Counted from the stretch's first letter, positions 9,202 to 18,831 are shown. The stretch is 64,000 nt of DNA from an uncultured Candidatus Saccharibacteria bacterium (GCA_964453135.1 CAYVOL010000001.1:88895-152894), one strand, 5' to 3'. The notes: generated by a model not told the origin, from the letters alone. Made by a program: numbers and translations.

Positions 9202-11556
9202 TTAAGATTTTAGATTTTTCTCCACCCGCTTCAGAAGCACGGCATTCGTGGCCACCACGATCGAAGAAACAGACATGAGGAGCGCGGAAATTTCCGGTCG
9301 GAGCGAAAGGCCGTACGCTTTGTAGAACACTCCGGCGGCAACCGGAATCGCAAGTATGTTGTAAATCGCGGCCCAGAAGAGATTCTGTTTCATTTTCACG
9401 ACTGTCGCCTTGGAAAGGCGGATTGCCGCGACGATGTCGTAAGGATCGGATCTCATGAGCACGATATTGCCCGTTTCTATTGCGACGTCAGTCCCGGCGC
9501 CGATCGCGATGCCGATATCGGCTTGCGCCAAAGCCGGAGCATCATTAATGCCGTCGCCGACCATAGCGACAAATTTCTTCTCGTCTTGAAGCTGTTTTAC
9601 ATATTTCGCTTTCTCTTCCGGCAAAACTTCGGAAAATACGCGATCAATGCCAAGATCGCTTCCTACGACTTCGGCGACTTTTTTGTGATCGCCTGTGATC
9701 ATGACGACTTCGATGCCGAGTCCTTTGAGGCCAGCCACGGCTTTCTTTGCCGATGGTTTCACCATATCCGCGGCGGCAACGACGCCGGCAATATTTCCGC
9801 CGACGGCGAGCAAACTCAACGTTTTTCCTTCCCCAGCGAGGCGATCGAGCGTAGCACGCGCATCGCCGACGTTTACATTATTATTCGCCATCAACTTTTC
9901 TGTTCCAGCAAGCACGGTTTGCCCCTTAATCTCCGCTTTGAGGCCATACCCGGCAACCGACTCAAATTTCTCTATCGGTTCGAGCGGTACCGCACCTCGT
10001 TTCGTCGCTTCTTCCATGATTGCCTTTGCCAAGGGATGGTTAGATCCGAATTCAACACTTGCCTCATAGCGAAGAATTTCCTGCTCCGTGAAGCCGTTGA
10101 AAGCAGCGACATCGGTTACTTTCGGTTTGCCTTCGGTGAGCGTTCCAGTTTTGTCGAGCACGATCGCGTTGAGCCTTGATGTGTTCTCAAGCGTTGCAGC
10201 GTCTTTTATTAAGATACTGTGCTTCGCACCGACGCCGGTTCCGACGGCCACGGCTGTAGGCGTGGCAAGCCCTAAAGCGTCTGGACAAGCAATCACAACC
10301 GTGGAGACGGCAAACGTAAGCGCAGTTAAGAGCCCCGCGGCTGCGATAAAATACCAACCGAGAAATGCCGCAAGACCGGATCCGATCGCGACAATCACAA
10401 GCCAGCCAGCCGCCTTGTCCGCAATACGCTGGCCGGGCGCTTTGGAGTTTTGAGCCGTTTCTACCATCTTGATGATCTGCGCGAGCACCGTTTCGGAGCC
10501 GACCTGCATGGCCATGAACCTCACCGTGCCGTTCTGGTTCACCGAACCGCCGACGACTTTCGCGCCGATGGTTTTTGAAATCGGCATGGATTCGCCCGTT
10601 ACGAGAGATTCATCGATTGAAGTTTCTCCTTCGGTTATTTCGCCGTCAACCGGCACCTTGTCGCCCGGCCGCAGAACGACAATATCGTCGCGGACAATTT
10701 CCGCGCTCGGTATATTCATCTCGACACCACCGCGAATCACGTTCGCTTTCGGCGGCACGAGATCAAAAAGCGCGCGCAAAGCATCCGAGGTGCCGCGCCG
10801 CGATTTCATTTCCATCCAATGGCCGAAAAGCACGAAGGTTACCAGAAGCGCCGCCGCCTCATAAAAAGTTTCCGAATCCGGTTTGATAATCGTGAGAAGT
10901 ACGCTGAAAATATAGGCAGCCAATACGCCGGTGGCAATCAATACTGCCATATTGAGTTTTTTTGCTTTGAGCGAATAGTAGGTGCCGGTGATAAAAATGG
11001 AGCCGGTCCAGAAGACAATCGGCGTCGTGAGTACCAAGAGCGCCCAATTCAAAATCTGAGGCGATGCGATGTGAAGTTTTAGAAGATTCGCGCCGACCGG
11101 CGAGAAGAAGAAAATCGGAATGGACAAAATAAACGATATAAAAAATCTGCGCTTCATGTCGCGCTCCATCTGCTTTGCCATCGAGGGATCGGTCATTGCG
11201 GTCTCGTGATCCATGTGGCTCATCTTCGACATGTCATGCCCGGCGTGCTCGCCGCCCTTTCCGGCTTTTTTCTTCTCCGGAATCAGATCCATGCCGCACC
11301 CGGGGCATTTGCCCGGACCCGATTTGCGCACCTCCGGATGCATGGGACAGGTATAAATCGTTTCCCCACCGCTGTGACCGGCATGCTTCTTGTGCGCCAA
11401 TTTCTCGCCCATGCCGTACTCATATTGCTTCGCCTCCATGCCGCACCCGCAGGTGGCCGCGAGCTTTTCCGCGGCACAACCAAGGCACTCCTTGCCGCAC
11501 GCGCAATTAAGCTTTCTCTCTTTTTCCATATTCATATTGTGATGATCGTGATTCAT
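9202..11556 (-). CDS. copA: Copper-translocating P1B-type ATPase
   Basis: TGES, CPDALGLATP, DKTGTLT, HP, GDGINDAPAL, YN and MSVSS motifs; N-terminal YTCPMHP...CPGCGMDL metal-binding domain. Confidence 0.92.
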   Translation of the reverse strand: MNHDHHNMNMEKERKLNCACGKECLGCAAEKLAATCGCGMEAKQYEYGMGEKLAHKKHAGHSGGETIYTCPMHPEVRKSGPGKCPGCGMDLIPEKKKAGKGGEHAGHDMSKMSHMDHETAMTDPSMAKQMERDMKRRFFISFILSIPIFFFSPVGANLLKLHIASPQILNWALLVLTTPIVFWTGSIFITGTYYSLKAKKLNMAVLIATGVLAAYIFSVLLTIIKPDSETFYEAAALLVTFVLFGHWMEMKSRRGTSDALRALFDLVPPKANVIRGGVEMNIPSAEIVRDDIVVLRPGDKVPVDGEITEGETSIDESLVTGESMPISKTIGAKVVGGSVNQNGTVRFMAMQVGSETVLAQIIKMVETAQNSKAPGQRIADKAAGWLVIVAIGSGLAAFLGWYFIAAAGLLTALTFAVSTVVIACPDALGLATPTAVAVGTGVGAKHSILIKDAATLENTSRLNAIVLDKTGTLTEGKPKVTDVAAFNGFTEQEILRYEASVEFGSNHPLAKAIMEEATKRGAVPLEPIEKFESVAGYGLKAEIKGQTVLAGTEKLMANNNVNVGDARATLDRLAGEGKTLSLLAVGGNIAGVVAAADMVKPSAKKAVAGLKGLGIEVVMITGDHKKVAEVVGSDLGIDRVFSEVLPEEKAKYVKQLQDEKKFVAMVGDGINDAPALAQADIGIAIGAGTDVAIETGNIVLMRSDPYDIVAAIRLSKATVVKMKQNLFWAAIYNILAIPVAAGVFYKAYGLSLRPEISALLMSVSSIVVATNAVLLKRVEKNLKS

Positions 11557-11909
11557 TGGTTGGAAATGTTTTTATCTAAAAATAATGTCATGGCCATAGG
11601 CAGGAATCCAGCTTCCTCTAGAATTTCGAGCGGCGCTCCCCGCACTGCCATGACGCCGATGATCCAGATTGCAGCCCAGAGCGCCGTCCGCCGGATTCCG
11701 ATGTTGAGGAAAAGCAGCAGGGCGACGATCACGTCATTGATGCCGATCAGAACGACAAATGTGTTTGCGGCAACTGGTAGGATATTCGTTGCGAACGATC
11801 CATTGAGGAGCTCGATGAACTCCGCTGGCGCGAAGAATGCGGTCAATGCGTTTGCGAGGAACGCGAGCCCGAGGCCGATGCGGATGAGGAATCGATAGTT
11901 ATGGATCAT
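11553..11909 (-). CDS. DoxX-like four-TM membrane protein
   Basis: LIRIGLGLAFL start and hydrophobic helices. The ATG at 11921 lies inside the -10 box, so 11909 is preferred. Confidence 0.6.
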   Translation of the reverse strand: MIHNYRFLIRIGLGLAFLANALTAFFAPAEFIELLNGSFATNILPVAANTFVVLIGINDVIVALLLFLNIGIRRTALWAAIWIIGVMAVRGAPLEILEEAGFLPMAMTLFLDKNISNQ

Positions 11910-11911
11910 GG

Positions 11912-12658
11912 CTATTTCCATAATACCCCCATGGGGTATTTGCTGTCAACTGCGCGCCCTTTCCGCCATGCCAAATGCTCATATACGCTCGACCAGAGGA
12001 AACCCAAGCCGAAGGCGAACATCAGCTCCTCGAGCGGGATGCCGGCAAGGAGGATTCCCGAAATTGCGGGCAGATTCCAGACGCGCTCGACGTACCCCGG
12101 ATATACCGCAATGAGCGTAAGAAAATAAAGGAAATACAAACCTAGGAACAAGAATGCGCTTGTAATCATCTTCTTTTTGAGATCGGGGCGGCAGTACCAT
12201 GTGGCAAACCCTCCCGCGATCATGGCGATGAATGCGGAATAGATGGGATTGAGGCGAGTCGCGGCAAGAAACGCGGCGAAAATGATCGGGGCGGAAAGAA
12301 GCGACCAGAGGTGGTATTTGTGCCGAGGATCGTGCCGCTCCATGAAAGAGACCGGCTCGTGGCGCACCTTGAATATCCAGTCGTAGAGCGCCACCGCAAT
12401 GCCGCCCATTGCGAACGAGAAAATTATGCTTTCGATATCAAAGCCCGTTCGGTGCGCAAGATCAAAGAGCGAGGGCGGATTCCAGTACGCCGGAACGAAA
12501 AGCGGCTCGGTGAAACCGAGAAGCGATGTCCACAAACTCACGAGAAACATTTCTTTTCTTCCTTCTCTGCTCCGGAACGCGAAATAGATAAATGCCCAAA
12601 TCGCAAGAAGCAACAAACTCCAGAGCAGCCACGCGAATTGCGGTTCATGCGGACTCAT
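11912..12658 (-). CDS. Lycopene cyclase domain-containing membrane protein
   Basis: Two repeats (EPLFVPAYW...DIESIIF; GIPLEELMF); about 7 TM helices. Confidence 0.75.
   Translation of the reverse strand: MSPHEPQFAWLLWSLLLLAIWAFIYFAFRSREGRKEMFLVSLWTSLLGFTEPLFVPAYWNPPSLFDLAHRTGFDIESIIFSFAMGGIAVALYDWIFKVRHEPVSFMERHDPRHKYHLWSLLSAPIIFAAFLAATRLNPIYSAFIAMIAGGFATWYCRPDLKKKMITSAFLFLGLYFLYFLTLIAVYPGYVERVWNLPAISGILLAGIPLEELMFAFGLGFLWSSVYEHLAWRKGRAVDSKYPMGVLWK
11920..11949 (-). promoter_or_regulatory. Promoter with CsoR-type operator for doxX-copA
   Basis: TTGACA-18 nt-TATTAT; palindrome AATACCCC-ATG-GGGGTATT spans the spacer and the -10 box. Confidence 0.8.
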
Positions 12659-12665
12659 GCTCTAA

Positions 12666-12851
12666 TTATATTCCTTCTTTTCTTTTTTTCGATGGACTGA
12701 CTCCCTCCGGAATATATTTGATCGGCGTTTTCTCGAATTCCTCCTTGCATGCTTTGCAGCAGAAGTAAAAGTTGTTGCCGCCGTATTTCAAGATCGCATA
12801 CTCCTGCTTTCGCCGAAGCTTCTTCCCACACACAGGATCAACGTTGAACAT
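12666..12851 (-). CDS. YHS/TRASH domain metal-binding protein
   Basis: DPVCG...YFCCKACKEEFEKTP. Confidence 0.88.
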   Translation of the reverse strand: MFNVDPVCGKKLRRKQEYAILKYGGNNFYFCCKACKEEFEKTPIKYIPEGVSPSKKRKEGI

Positions 12852-12863
12852 GATTTTGGTTGG

Positions 12864-13499
12864 TTAATTTTGTTTCGACCGCAATTTCGGAATAAACGAC
12901 GGCACGCGTGCCGCATAGGCGCCCCACGCGGGCCCGAATTCTTTCTGTGATTCTTTTTCTTCACTCCGTGCCAAACGAACGTACGCCACGATAAGAATCG
13001 GAAACATGGCGAGGGTGACGAGCGTCGGCCACTGAAGCAGAAACCCAAGCATGATGATGACGAAGGCGGCGTACTGCGGATGGCGGATGCGCGCATACGG
13101 GCCTATGGTTGCAAGCGCATGCTGTTTCTGCGCGGCATGCAAGACATCCCACGCCTTGGCGAGCAGTATGAAGCCGAAGCCGATCAGGATGTAGCTTGCG
13201 ATGTGGAAGGGTCCGAAATGCGGATCCCCGCCCCAGCCAAAAAGGTCTTCCAAGAGATGGCCGGAGTTATGTGCCAAAAGGTCAATGCCCGGCACGCGCT
13301 TCACTAGCCATCCCGAAACGAGATAGATCGTGAGCGGGAATCCGTACATCTCGGTGAAGAGCGCGACGATGAACGCCGAGAATCCGCCGAGCGATCGCCA
13401 GTCGCGGGCGGTTTTCGGCTTCACGAAACTGGTCGCAAACGCGATAAAGATCGCTGAGTTGATGATGACGAGCGGCCAGAGGCCGTAACCGTTTTCCAT
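12864..13499 (-). CDS. Isoprenylcysteine carboxylmethyltransferase (ICMT/PEMT) family protein
   Basis: GPYARIRHPQY, EE...FG..W..YAARVPSFIP; start MENGYGLWP. Confidence 0.88.
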   Translation of the reverse strand: MENGYGLWPLVIINSAIFIAFATSFVKPKTARDWRSLGGFSAFIVALFTEMYGFPLTIYLVSGWLVKRVPGIDLLAHNSGHLLEDLFGWGGDPHFGPFHIASYILIGFGFILLAKAWDVLHAAQKQHALATIGPYARIRHPQYAAFVIIMLGFLLQWPTLVTLAMFPILIVAYVRLARSEEKESQKEFGPAWGAYAARVPSFIPKLRSKQN

Positions 13500-13504
13500 G
13501 GAAG

Positions 13505-13780
13505 TTAATGGCAACAGGAGTGTCCTCCGCCGTGCTTGATTGATTCGGCCTTTTTGGGATCAGCTGCCGCGTGGCTCGAATGATCTTCGGTATCTTGCGA
13601 TCCATGCCCGCGACGCATCATCCAAAGATGCGCAACAACCATCCCGCCGATAATGAGGATAAACGGCCATGATCTGACCCCTCCCCCGGCGGCGAAGATG
13701 ACGAAACCGAGGATAAGCAGGCATGGCAGCATCATCCATATCATGGATGAATTGTGCTTTTCGTTGTTGTTGTCGTTCAT
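13505..13780 (-). CDS. Small two-TM His/Cys-rich protein (DUF2933-like)
   Basis: MMLPC, HLWMMRRGHG and terminal HSCCH; upstream of the ICMT gene. Confidence 0.6.
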   Translation of the reverse strand: MNDNNNEKHNSSMIWMMLPCLLILGFVIFAAGGGVRSWPFILIIGGMVVAHLWMMRRGHGSQDTEDHSSHAAADPKKAESIKHGGGHSCCH

Positions 13781-13929
13781 GTTTTTGAGATTTAATTTGT
13801 ATTCTACCTTTGCTATGCCGCATATTTTTCCGAATCTCCGTCGAAGTGCTCCTTGCAAGATTGCAAACAAAAGTAATTGAGCAGCCGTTAACCAGCGGAT
13901 TATCCGCGTAGCTGCAAACGCCCGTATTA

Positions 13930-14193
13930 CTACTTTTTCTCGATTAAGCTCGTGTTATGCATCCAGACGTAGTACCACGCGAAGATCCACGAGAAGGCAA
14001 ACGCGTAGAGCGCCATCAGGATGAAGCCGCCGAATGTACCCCACGTAACGCCGGGAAACGTTTCGAAAATCTGGTGGTGCAGCTGGATTCCCGCGTCAGA
14101 TCGAAGCGGCAAAAATCCTCCAAGCCAGCAGACGACAAGCACGATTTCCCCGCCCAAAACGCAAAGCCATCCGTATCGTTTGAGTGAAAGCAT
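13930..14193 (-). CDS. Small membrane protein (DUF5676-like)
   Basis: Two TM helices flanking LHHQIFETFPGVTW. Confidence 0.6.
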   Translation of the reverse strand: MLSLKRYGWLCVLGGEIVLVVCWLGGFLPLRSDAGIQLHHQIFETFPGVTWGTFGGFILMALYAFAFSWIFAWYYVWMHNTSLIEKK

Positions 14194-14202
14194 GTTGGTA
14201 AA

Positions 14203-14589
14203 TTATTTTATGTTATCGACGACCTTTTTTAATTTCTCTTCTACCTGCGCGGCGATATCGGCCAGGACGCGGTTTTTAACCATCCCCATCGCCGCAGTCG
14301 GCAGAATTGCAGATACATATGTTTTCTTGCCATCCTCGTAGACAATCACATTGCACGGCAGGAGGAGCCCAATATCCTTTTCCGTTTTCAATGCTTCGTA
14401 GGCGAGCGGCGGATTGCACGCGCCCAAGATGAGGTAATTTTCGTATTCAACATCAAGCTTCTTCTTGAGCGTCTCTTTCACGTCGATCTCCGTAAGTACG
14501 CCGAATCCTTCTTTTTGCAATTCGGATTTTATTTTCTCTACCGCTTCCTCGAACGGAAGTGAGATTTGTCTTTTATAGCCGTAGTTCAT
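14203..14589 (-). CDS. DUF302 domain protein
   Basis: EGFGVLTEIDV, ILGACNP, IGLLLPCNVIVYE. Confidence 0.9.
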   Translation of the reverse strand: MNYGYKRQISLPFEEAVEKIKSELQKEGFGVLTEIDVKETLKKKLDVEYENYLILGACNPPLAYEALKTEKDIGLLLPCNVIVYEDGKKTYVSAILPTAAMGMVKNRVLADIAAQVEEKLKKVVDNIK

Positions 14590-14619
14590 TTTATTTTTTC
14601 TATATTCTTGCTTCGGCCT

Positions 14620-15075
14620 TTAAAGCTGCCACGTAAATTTCCGCTCGCTTATCCCACCCACATCGCGGACGATGACCGTAATGGATGCGGGTTTGGGCGA
14701 AATCTGCGCAAAGACAAGCGTGCCGTTCCGGTGGTGCCCGCCGGGCGGTGGTCCTTCCCATCTGATCGGCGCAACTGTATCGCCCCGATCATCGGTGAGC
14801 GTCACGATTTTTGTCATGTCTTCATCAAGGCTTCCCGCGTGCGTATTAAGACCAACGCCGATGCTCCATTCGCCTGAAGAGAGATCTATCGGCTGGACTT
14901 GAACTTCTATTGTGCCCTGCGAATCGTATTTTGCTTCGTATACGGACGCTGAGGAATTTCCCTGCGGCAAAACAGCCGCTGGCGCCGGTTCTTTTCTTGA
15001 TCCAATGAGCGCCCAGAGAAAAAATCCGGCAGCGGCAATCACAAGAATAGTTATGATGAGATTTGATTTTTTCAT
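14620..15075 (-). CDS. Exported hypothetical protein with His motifs
   Basis: N-terminal membrane anchor; LNTHAGSL and WEGPPPGGHHR. Confidence 0.75.
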   Translation of the reverse strand: MKKSNLIITILVIAAAGFFLWALIGSRKEPAPAAVLPQGNSSASVYEAKYDSQGTIEVQVQPIDLSSGEWSIGVGLNTHAGSLDEDMTKIVTLTDDRGDTVAPIRWEGPPPGGHHRNGTLVFAQISPKPASITVIVRDVGGISERKFTWQL

Positions 15076-15515
15076 TGGCTGTGTCGTTTAAATTTCATGA
15101 TTCGACTATACAGGAACGCAATGCCGCCAAGATTGAATGCGATGCCGACCCAGAAAAACTGCACTTGATAGACGCTGATGAACGACACGAAGGCCGAGAC
15201 GCCTAATACCGGCAGGATATTCACGAGATAATGGGCACAGCAGGAAATTATCGCTCCAGTCGAGGTGGCGCCAGTTACCGCAAGCAGCTTGCCGCTCGGA
15301 TCTTTGGCGCGCACCAATGCCTTGAGATAGCTATATAAGCCGACTTGGATTCCAAAACCAGACGCAAGACTTATAATGAAGTACCAAAACTGCGAGAACT
15401 GGCTCGCCGCAAATATTAGCCCCGATATCACAGACACAACCCCGAAATAAACCGCAAGGAGAATGGCTGCTGCTTCAAATCCTTTTATGATTGATGGGGC
15501 AATGATGCGATCCAT
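15072..15515 (-). CDS. Membrane protein with SCCAH motif
   Basis: Four hydrophobic helices; ISCCAHYL. Confidence 0.75.
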   Translation of the reverse strand: MDRIIAPSIIKGFEAAAILLAVYFGVVSVISGLIFAASQFSQFWYFIISLASGFGIQVGLYSYLKALVRAKDPSGKLLAVTGATSTGAIISCCAHYLVNILPVLGVSAFVSFISVYQVQFFWVGIAFNLGGIAFLYSRIMKFKRHSQ

Positions 15516-15517
15516 AG

Positions 15518-16141
15518 TTATTTCAACTTGGCGAGTTCTGTTGCGACCTTGTCGTTGTCAATCGCCATATTCGGATCGTCGAACGTATAGCGTACAATCC
15601 CCTGTTTGTCGACAAGAACGAAGCTGTGTCCAGGAAACGATCCGTAGTGCATCGAGGAAGGAACCGCGAGCATGCCGAATTTCCGCGAAACGGATTTGTC
15701 GGTATCGAAGAGCAGCGTCGCCTTTCCTAGTTCTGGCATTTTCTGCACCGCGCTCTGCCAGCTCGACGGCTGGTCTATTACCACCGAGAAGGCAACCGTG
15801 TCCGGTCCCGTAAACCGAGGATCGGTTGCAAGCGATACCATCTGGTTCCAGCACGCGGGGTAACACATGATGCCTTCGTTAAAGAATAACACCGCTTTTT
15901 TCCCTTTCAAGCTCTCATTTGAGTATTCGGTCCCGTTGCGGTCCCGGAGCGAAAATGCCGGAACAGCTTTTCCTATGAGATCGCCATAGGATCCCGAAGA
16001 GTCCGAACCGCCAGAGTGCATTGGATCGCCGGTTGTCCCTCCTGATTGCGAATTTCCGCGGCTCATGAAATAGAAGCCGCCAACGACGAATGCGATGATC
16101 GCGATGCCCGCGACAATTGTTGATGTGTTTTTATTTTTCAT
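15518..16141 (-). CDS. Membrane-anchored thioredoxin-fold protein (AhpC/TSA or SCO-like)
   Basis: PAFSLRDRNG...LKGKKAVLFF, CYPAC, GHSFVLVDKQG. Confidence 0.8.
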   Translation of the reverse strand: MKNKNTSTIVAGIAIIAFVVGGFYFMSRGNSQSGGTTGDPMHSGGSDSSGSYGDLIGKAVPAFSLRDRNGTEYSNESLKGKKAVLFFNEGIMCYPACWNQMVSLATDPRFTGPDTVAFSVVIDQPSSWQSAVQKMPELGKATLLFDTDKSVSRKFGMLAVPSSMHYGSFPGHSFVLVDKQGIVRYTFDDPNMAIDNDKVATELAKLK

Positions 16142-17043
16142 GGTTGTTGTTTTTCTTTTTTCCCGCCCGAGGCGGATCCGCCTTCGGCGGAAAGCTGGCG
16201 GATGCCGGTTGCCGCGAGCCAGGCGAAAATCACCACAATGAGAATCGCCCAGACGAACTGCGGCACGCCGCCGATGAATTGGTTAAGCCACATTTGGACT
16301 TTTGTAAGGAAGATGTTCACGTTGATCTGTAATTCGGAATGCATGGCGACATTGCCGGTCAATGCCCATATCAAGGTCAATACGCCCATAACCGCGAAGG
16401 TCGCTCCGGCGAGGAAATCCGATATCCGAAATGTTTTATCTTTTCCGAAGATGCGGACCGTGACTGGCTTCCGCGCACCAAAAAGCCGATCAGTCAAATG
16501 CGAGCGATCAAACATCAAAGAAAGAGCAAAGAGCGGCGCGACCATGCCGAGCACATATGCCAAAGTATAGACGATTCCCCAGAGGTACGACCCCGGGAGC
16601 ATAGAGAGCGCAAGCGCTCCCGCCAATACCGGCGCACAGCAGGTGGTCGCAATGCCGGAAAAAATGCCCAGCATATAAACGGACCCGATGCTTTCCTTTC
16701 CGGTAAGTTCCGGCTTCGGCCGAAACCGCTTCGGTAGCGCAAACCGGCGGCCAGTAAGAAGTGAGATGCCGAGCGCAAGTAGCACTAATCCGATGACAGT
16801 AAAGATTATCGAGTGGTAGCGGCTGAAAATCTGGCCGAGCGCCGAGATGCCAAGTCCGAGCGGCAGGAAAACCGTCATGATGCCGAGAAAGAAAATGAAT
16901 GTCATCAAAAACACCTTCCGACGCGTCCTAAAGATCGAACCGAGATACGACGGCAGAAGCACTGTAACACAACATGGGGCGAAAAGCGCCGCTACCCCTG
17001 CGATGAATGCCGCTATAAGCGATGTGCCAATGAGTATTTCCAT
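16138..17043 (-). CDS. ccdA: CcdA/DsbD-family transmembrane electron transporter
   Basis: AFIAG..ALFAPCC..LLPSY, TTCCAPVLAG, YVLGMVAPL. Confidence 0.8.
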   Translation of the reverse strand: MEILIGTSLIAAFIAGVAALFAPCCVTVLLPSYLGSIFRTRRKVFLMTFIFFLGIMTVFLPLGLGISALGQIFSRYHSIIFTVIGLVLLALGISLLTGRRFALPKRFRPKPELTGKESIGSVYMLGIFSGIATTCCAPVLAGALALSMLPGSYLWGIVYTLAYVLGMVAPLFALSLMFDRSHLTDRLFGARKPVTVRIFGKDKTFRISDFLAGATFAVMGVLTLIWALTGNVAMHSELQINVNIFLTKVQMWLNQFIGGVPQFVWAILIVVIFAWLAATGIRQLSAEGGSASGGKKEKQQP

Positions 17044-17047
17044 AGCG

Positions 17048-18079
17048 TTATACCCCGCAACCGCCTTGTTGCCTCTGCGGCTGAATTATTTGCGACTGTC
17101 CGCTGTCCACGCCGCATCCGCCTGGGCGTTGCGTCGGCGGTTCGGGAACGACAAGCGATTGAATTCTCGCGTATCCTTGTATGCTTGAGTACGAAGCTCC
17201 CAGTACTTCAGCCGGATTCACCGATGACCAATTCGTTCCTTTGCTTTGGAAGTATCGCGCAATAGTCCGGTAGGTGTCCGGAAACCAGTAGGAGTTCACG
17301 GCGAGCGCGGTTTTGTACATTTGATCTTCGCTCGCGCCCTGCGAAGCCATGAGCTCTAAGAGCCCAAGCATCGCCATGCCGTGGTTGCAATCCGGAAAGT
17401 ACGTCGAGTTACCGCAACAGGGGCGGTAGATTCCCTTGGCAACCTTTTCAACGAGCGCCTGCTGATCCTCTGTAAGCGCCACAAACTGATGCTTTGAGTA
17501 ATGACTCATGGCATTACCAACGGCAATCGTCCATCCGCCGGTTGATGCAAACCTGCCCGCTCCGCCATACTGCGGATCTTGCATTGGACCTTGCTCAAGA
17601 ATCCGGTTCTTATTGCCAAGACCGAACGCCCAAAGAAGATTCAATACCGCGCCGCTATTCTGCGGAGTAATTTTAAGGTTGCCGTTATCGGGCGAATCAA
17701 GCAACGCCTGCACATCAGAAGGCATTCCTCCGCGTTGCGCATAGAGAGCCTTGAATTGCGTTTCGTCAACTACGCCCGACTGCGCAAGTCGCTTGCCAAG
17801 ATCGCCCCAGCGCACCGGCAGCGCGACGCCTTCCTGCGGCGTAATCGCCTCGGTCAAGGCATCAGCCGATTGCGCGGAGCTCTGTTGCTGCTTCACTGCT
17901 TTGCTTCTTTCCGCCTTCAATCCGGTAGTATATATCCATGTTCCGGAAAACACGAGGACGGAAATAAGAATGCTCCACGCGAGGAAATGGTCTTTTTTCG
18001 GCTGCTCAGGATTGGAGCTTTCGTTATTTAATTCCGCGCGCTCTTCTATTATTTTATCATTGTCTTCCATGTTATTCAT
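17048..18079 (-). CDS. Membrane-anchored Cys-motif hypothetical protein
   Basis: One TM helix; RPCCGNSTYFPDCNHG; C-terminal GGCGV present twice. Confidence 0.8.
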   Translation of the reverse strand: MNNMEDNDKIIEERAELNNESSNPEQPKKDHFLAWSILISVLVFSGTWIYTTGLKAERSKAVKQQQSSAQSADALTEAITPQEGVALPVRWGDLGKRLAQSGVVDETQFKALYAQRGGMPSDVQALLDSPDNGNLKITPQNSGAVLNLLWAFGLGNKNRILEQGPMQDPQYGGAGRFASTGGWTIAVGNAMSHYSKHQFVALTEDQQALVEKVAKGIYRPCCGNSTYFPDCNHGMAMLGLLELMASQGASEDQMYKTALAVNSYWFPDTYRTIARYFQSKGTNWSSVNPAEVLGASYSSIQGYARIQSLVVPEPPTQRPGGCGVDSGQSQIIQPQRQQGGCGV

Positions 18080-18563
18080 CGCAGCATTCGGCGAGCTTGG
18101 CCACGATGTCTTCGAGGCTCACACTGCCTTTTGCCGCCTTTTTTATAGTTTGGCCTTTGATAAGTTTTAATTTGAGTGCCCAAAAAATGGAGTACGCCTT
18201 GTAGGCGTTTTCGAATGTTTTCTTGGCTTTTTCCTTTTCTCCTTCAACATGCAATTTATTGCCGACTTCGATGAGGCGCATCGTGGCGGCCAAGAGATGC
18301 TTTGAGATACACCACGTTTCGCCCTCATGCTTCGGCATAAGCTGAGCCAAAAGTTCCTTGCGCAATTCCCGAATCTCTGCTGAAGTATCAAAGTATTCGT
18401 CTTGTTTTGTTTTAACGCCTGTAAAGAAAAAATGCTCTTCAAGGCTTATGAGATTCATAACCGCCAAGCTCAAATCCTCGGCAGTGGAAAGATCCACGCC
18501 TGCGTTTTCTTTTTGAGTTTCTATTTTTTTGAGAAATTCCTCAAGGGTCAATTTTGTTTCCAT
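18072..18563 (-). CDS. Helical hypothetical protein with Cys/His motifs
   Basis: LEEH, WCISKH and terminal CCDE; overlaps the next gene. Confidence 0.8.
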   Translation of the reverse strand: METKLTLEEFLKKIETQKENAGVDLSTAEDLSLAVMNLISLEEHFFFTGVKTKQDEYFDTSAEIRELRKELLAQLMPKHEGETWCISKHLLAATMRLIEVGNKLHVEGEKEKAKKTFENAYKAYSIFWALKLKLIKGQTIKKAAKGSVSLEDIVAKLAECCDE

Positions 18564-18581
18564 GTGAACGTTGTTGTTGAT

Positions 18582-18734
18582 TTAGTAGTTCCAGTAACCG
18601 CCCGTAACCACTTGTGCACCAGGTGCCGCTGGCGCTATTAGGCGATGTTGCATCATGCGGTAAGTCTGCCCTGCCATCAAGACAATCGCCACGATGACTG
18701 CTGGAATGATGGAGGTTGATTCTTTCTTGCTCAT
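18582..18734 (-). CDS. 50-aa single-TM small protein missing from the ORF track
   Basis: Hand translation: MSKKESTSIIPAVIVAIVLMAGQTYRMMQHRLIAPAAPGAQVVTGGYWNY*; fills the operon gap. Confidence 0.6.
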   Translation of the reverse strand: MSKKESTSIIPAVIVAIVLMAGQTYRMMQHRLIAPAAPGAQVVTGGYWNY

Positions 18735-18831
18735 TATGACTTTTTGGCGCAGTAATAATTTCCATCTGAAGACGAAAAAACCGCATTGGAAATCGGTTTA
18801 TGCCGTGAATAAGCGCGTGAAAAGTTCGCTG

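Noticed and set aside
11912-12658. Carotenoid biosynthesis
   Set aside because: No crtB, crtI or crtE nearby; the domain sits among metal-resistance genes
16138-17043. Cytochrome c maturation system II
   Set aside because: No ResB/ResC and no CxxCH cytochrome genes in the window
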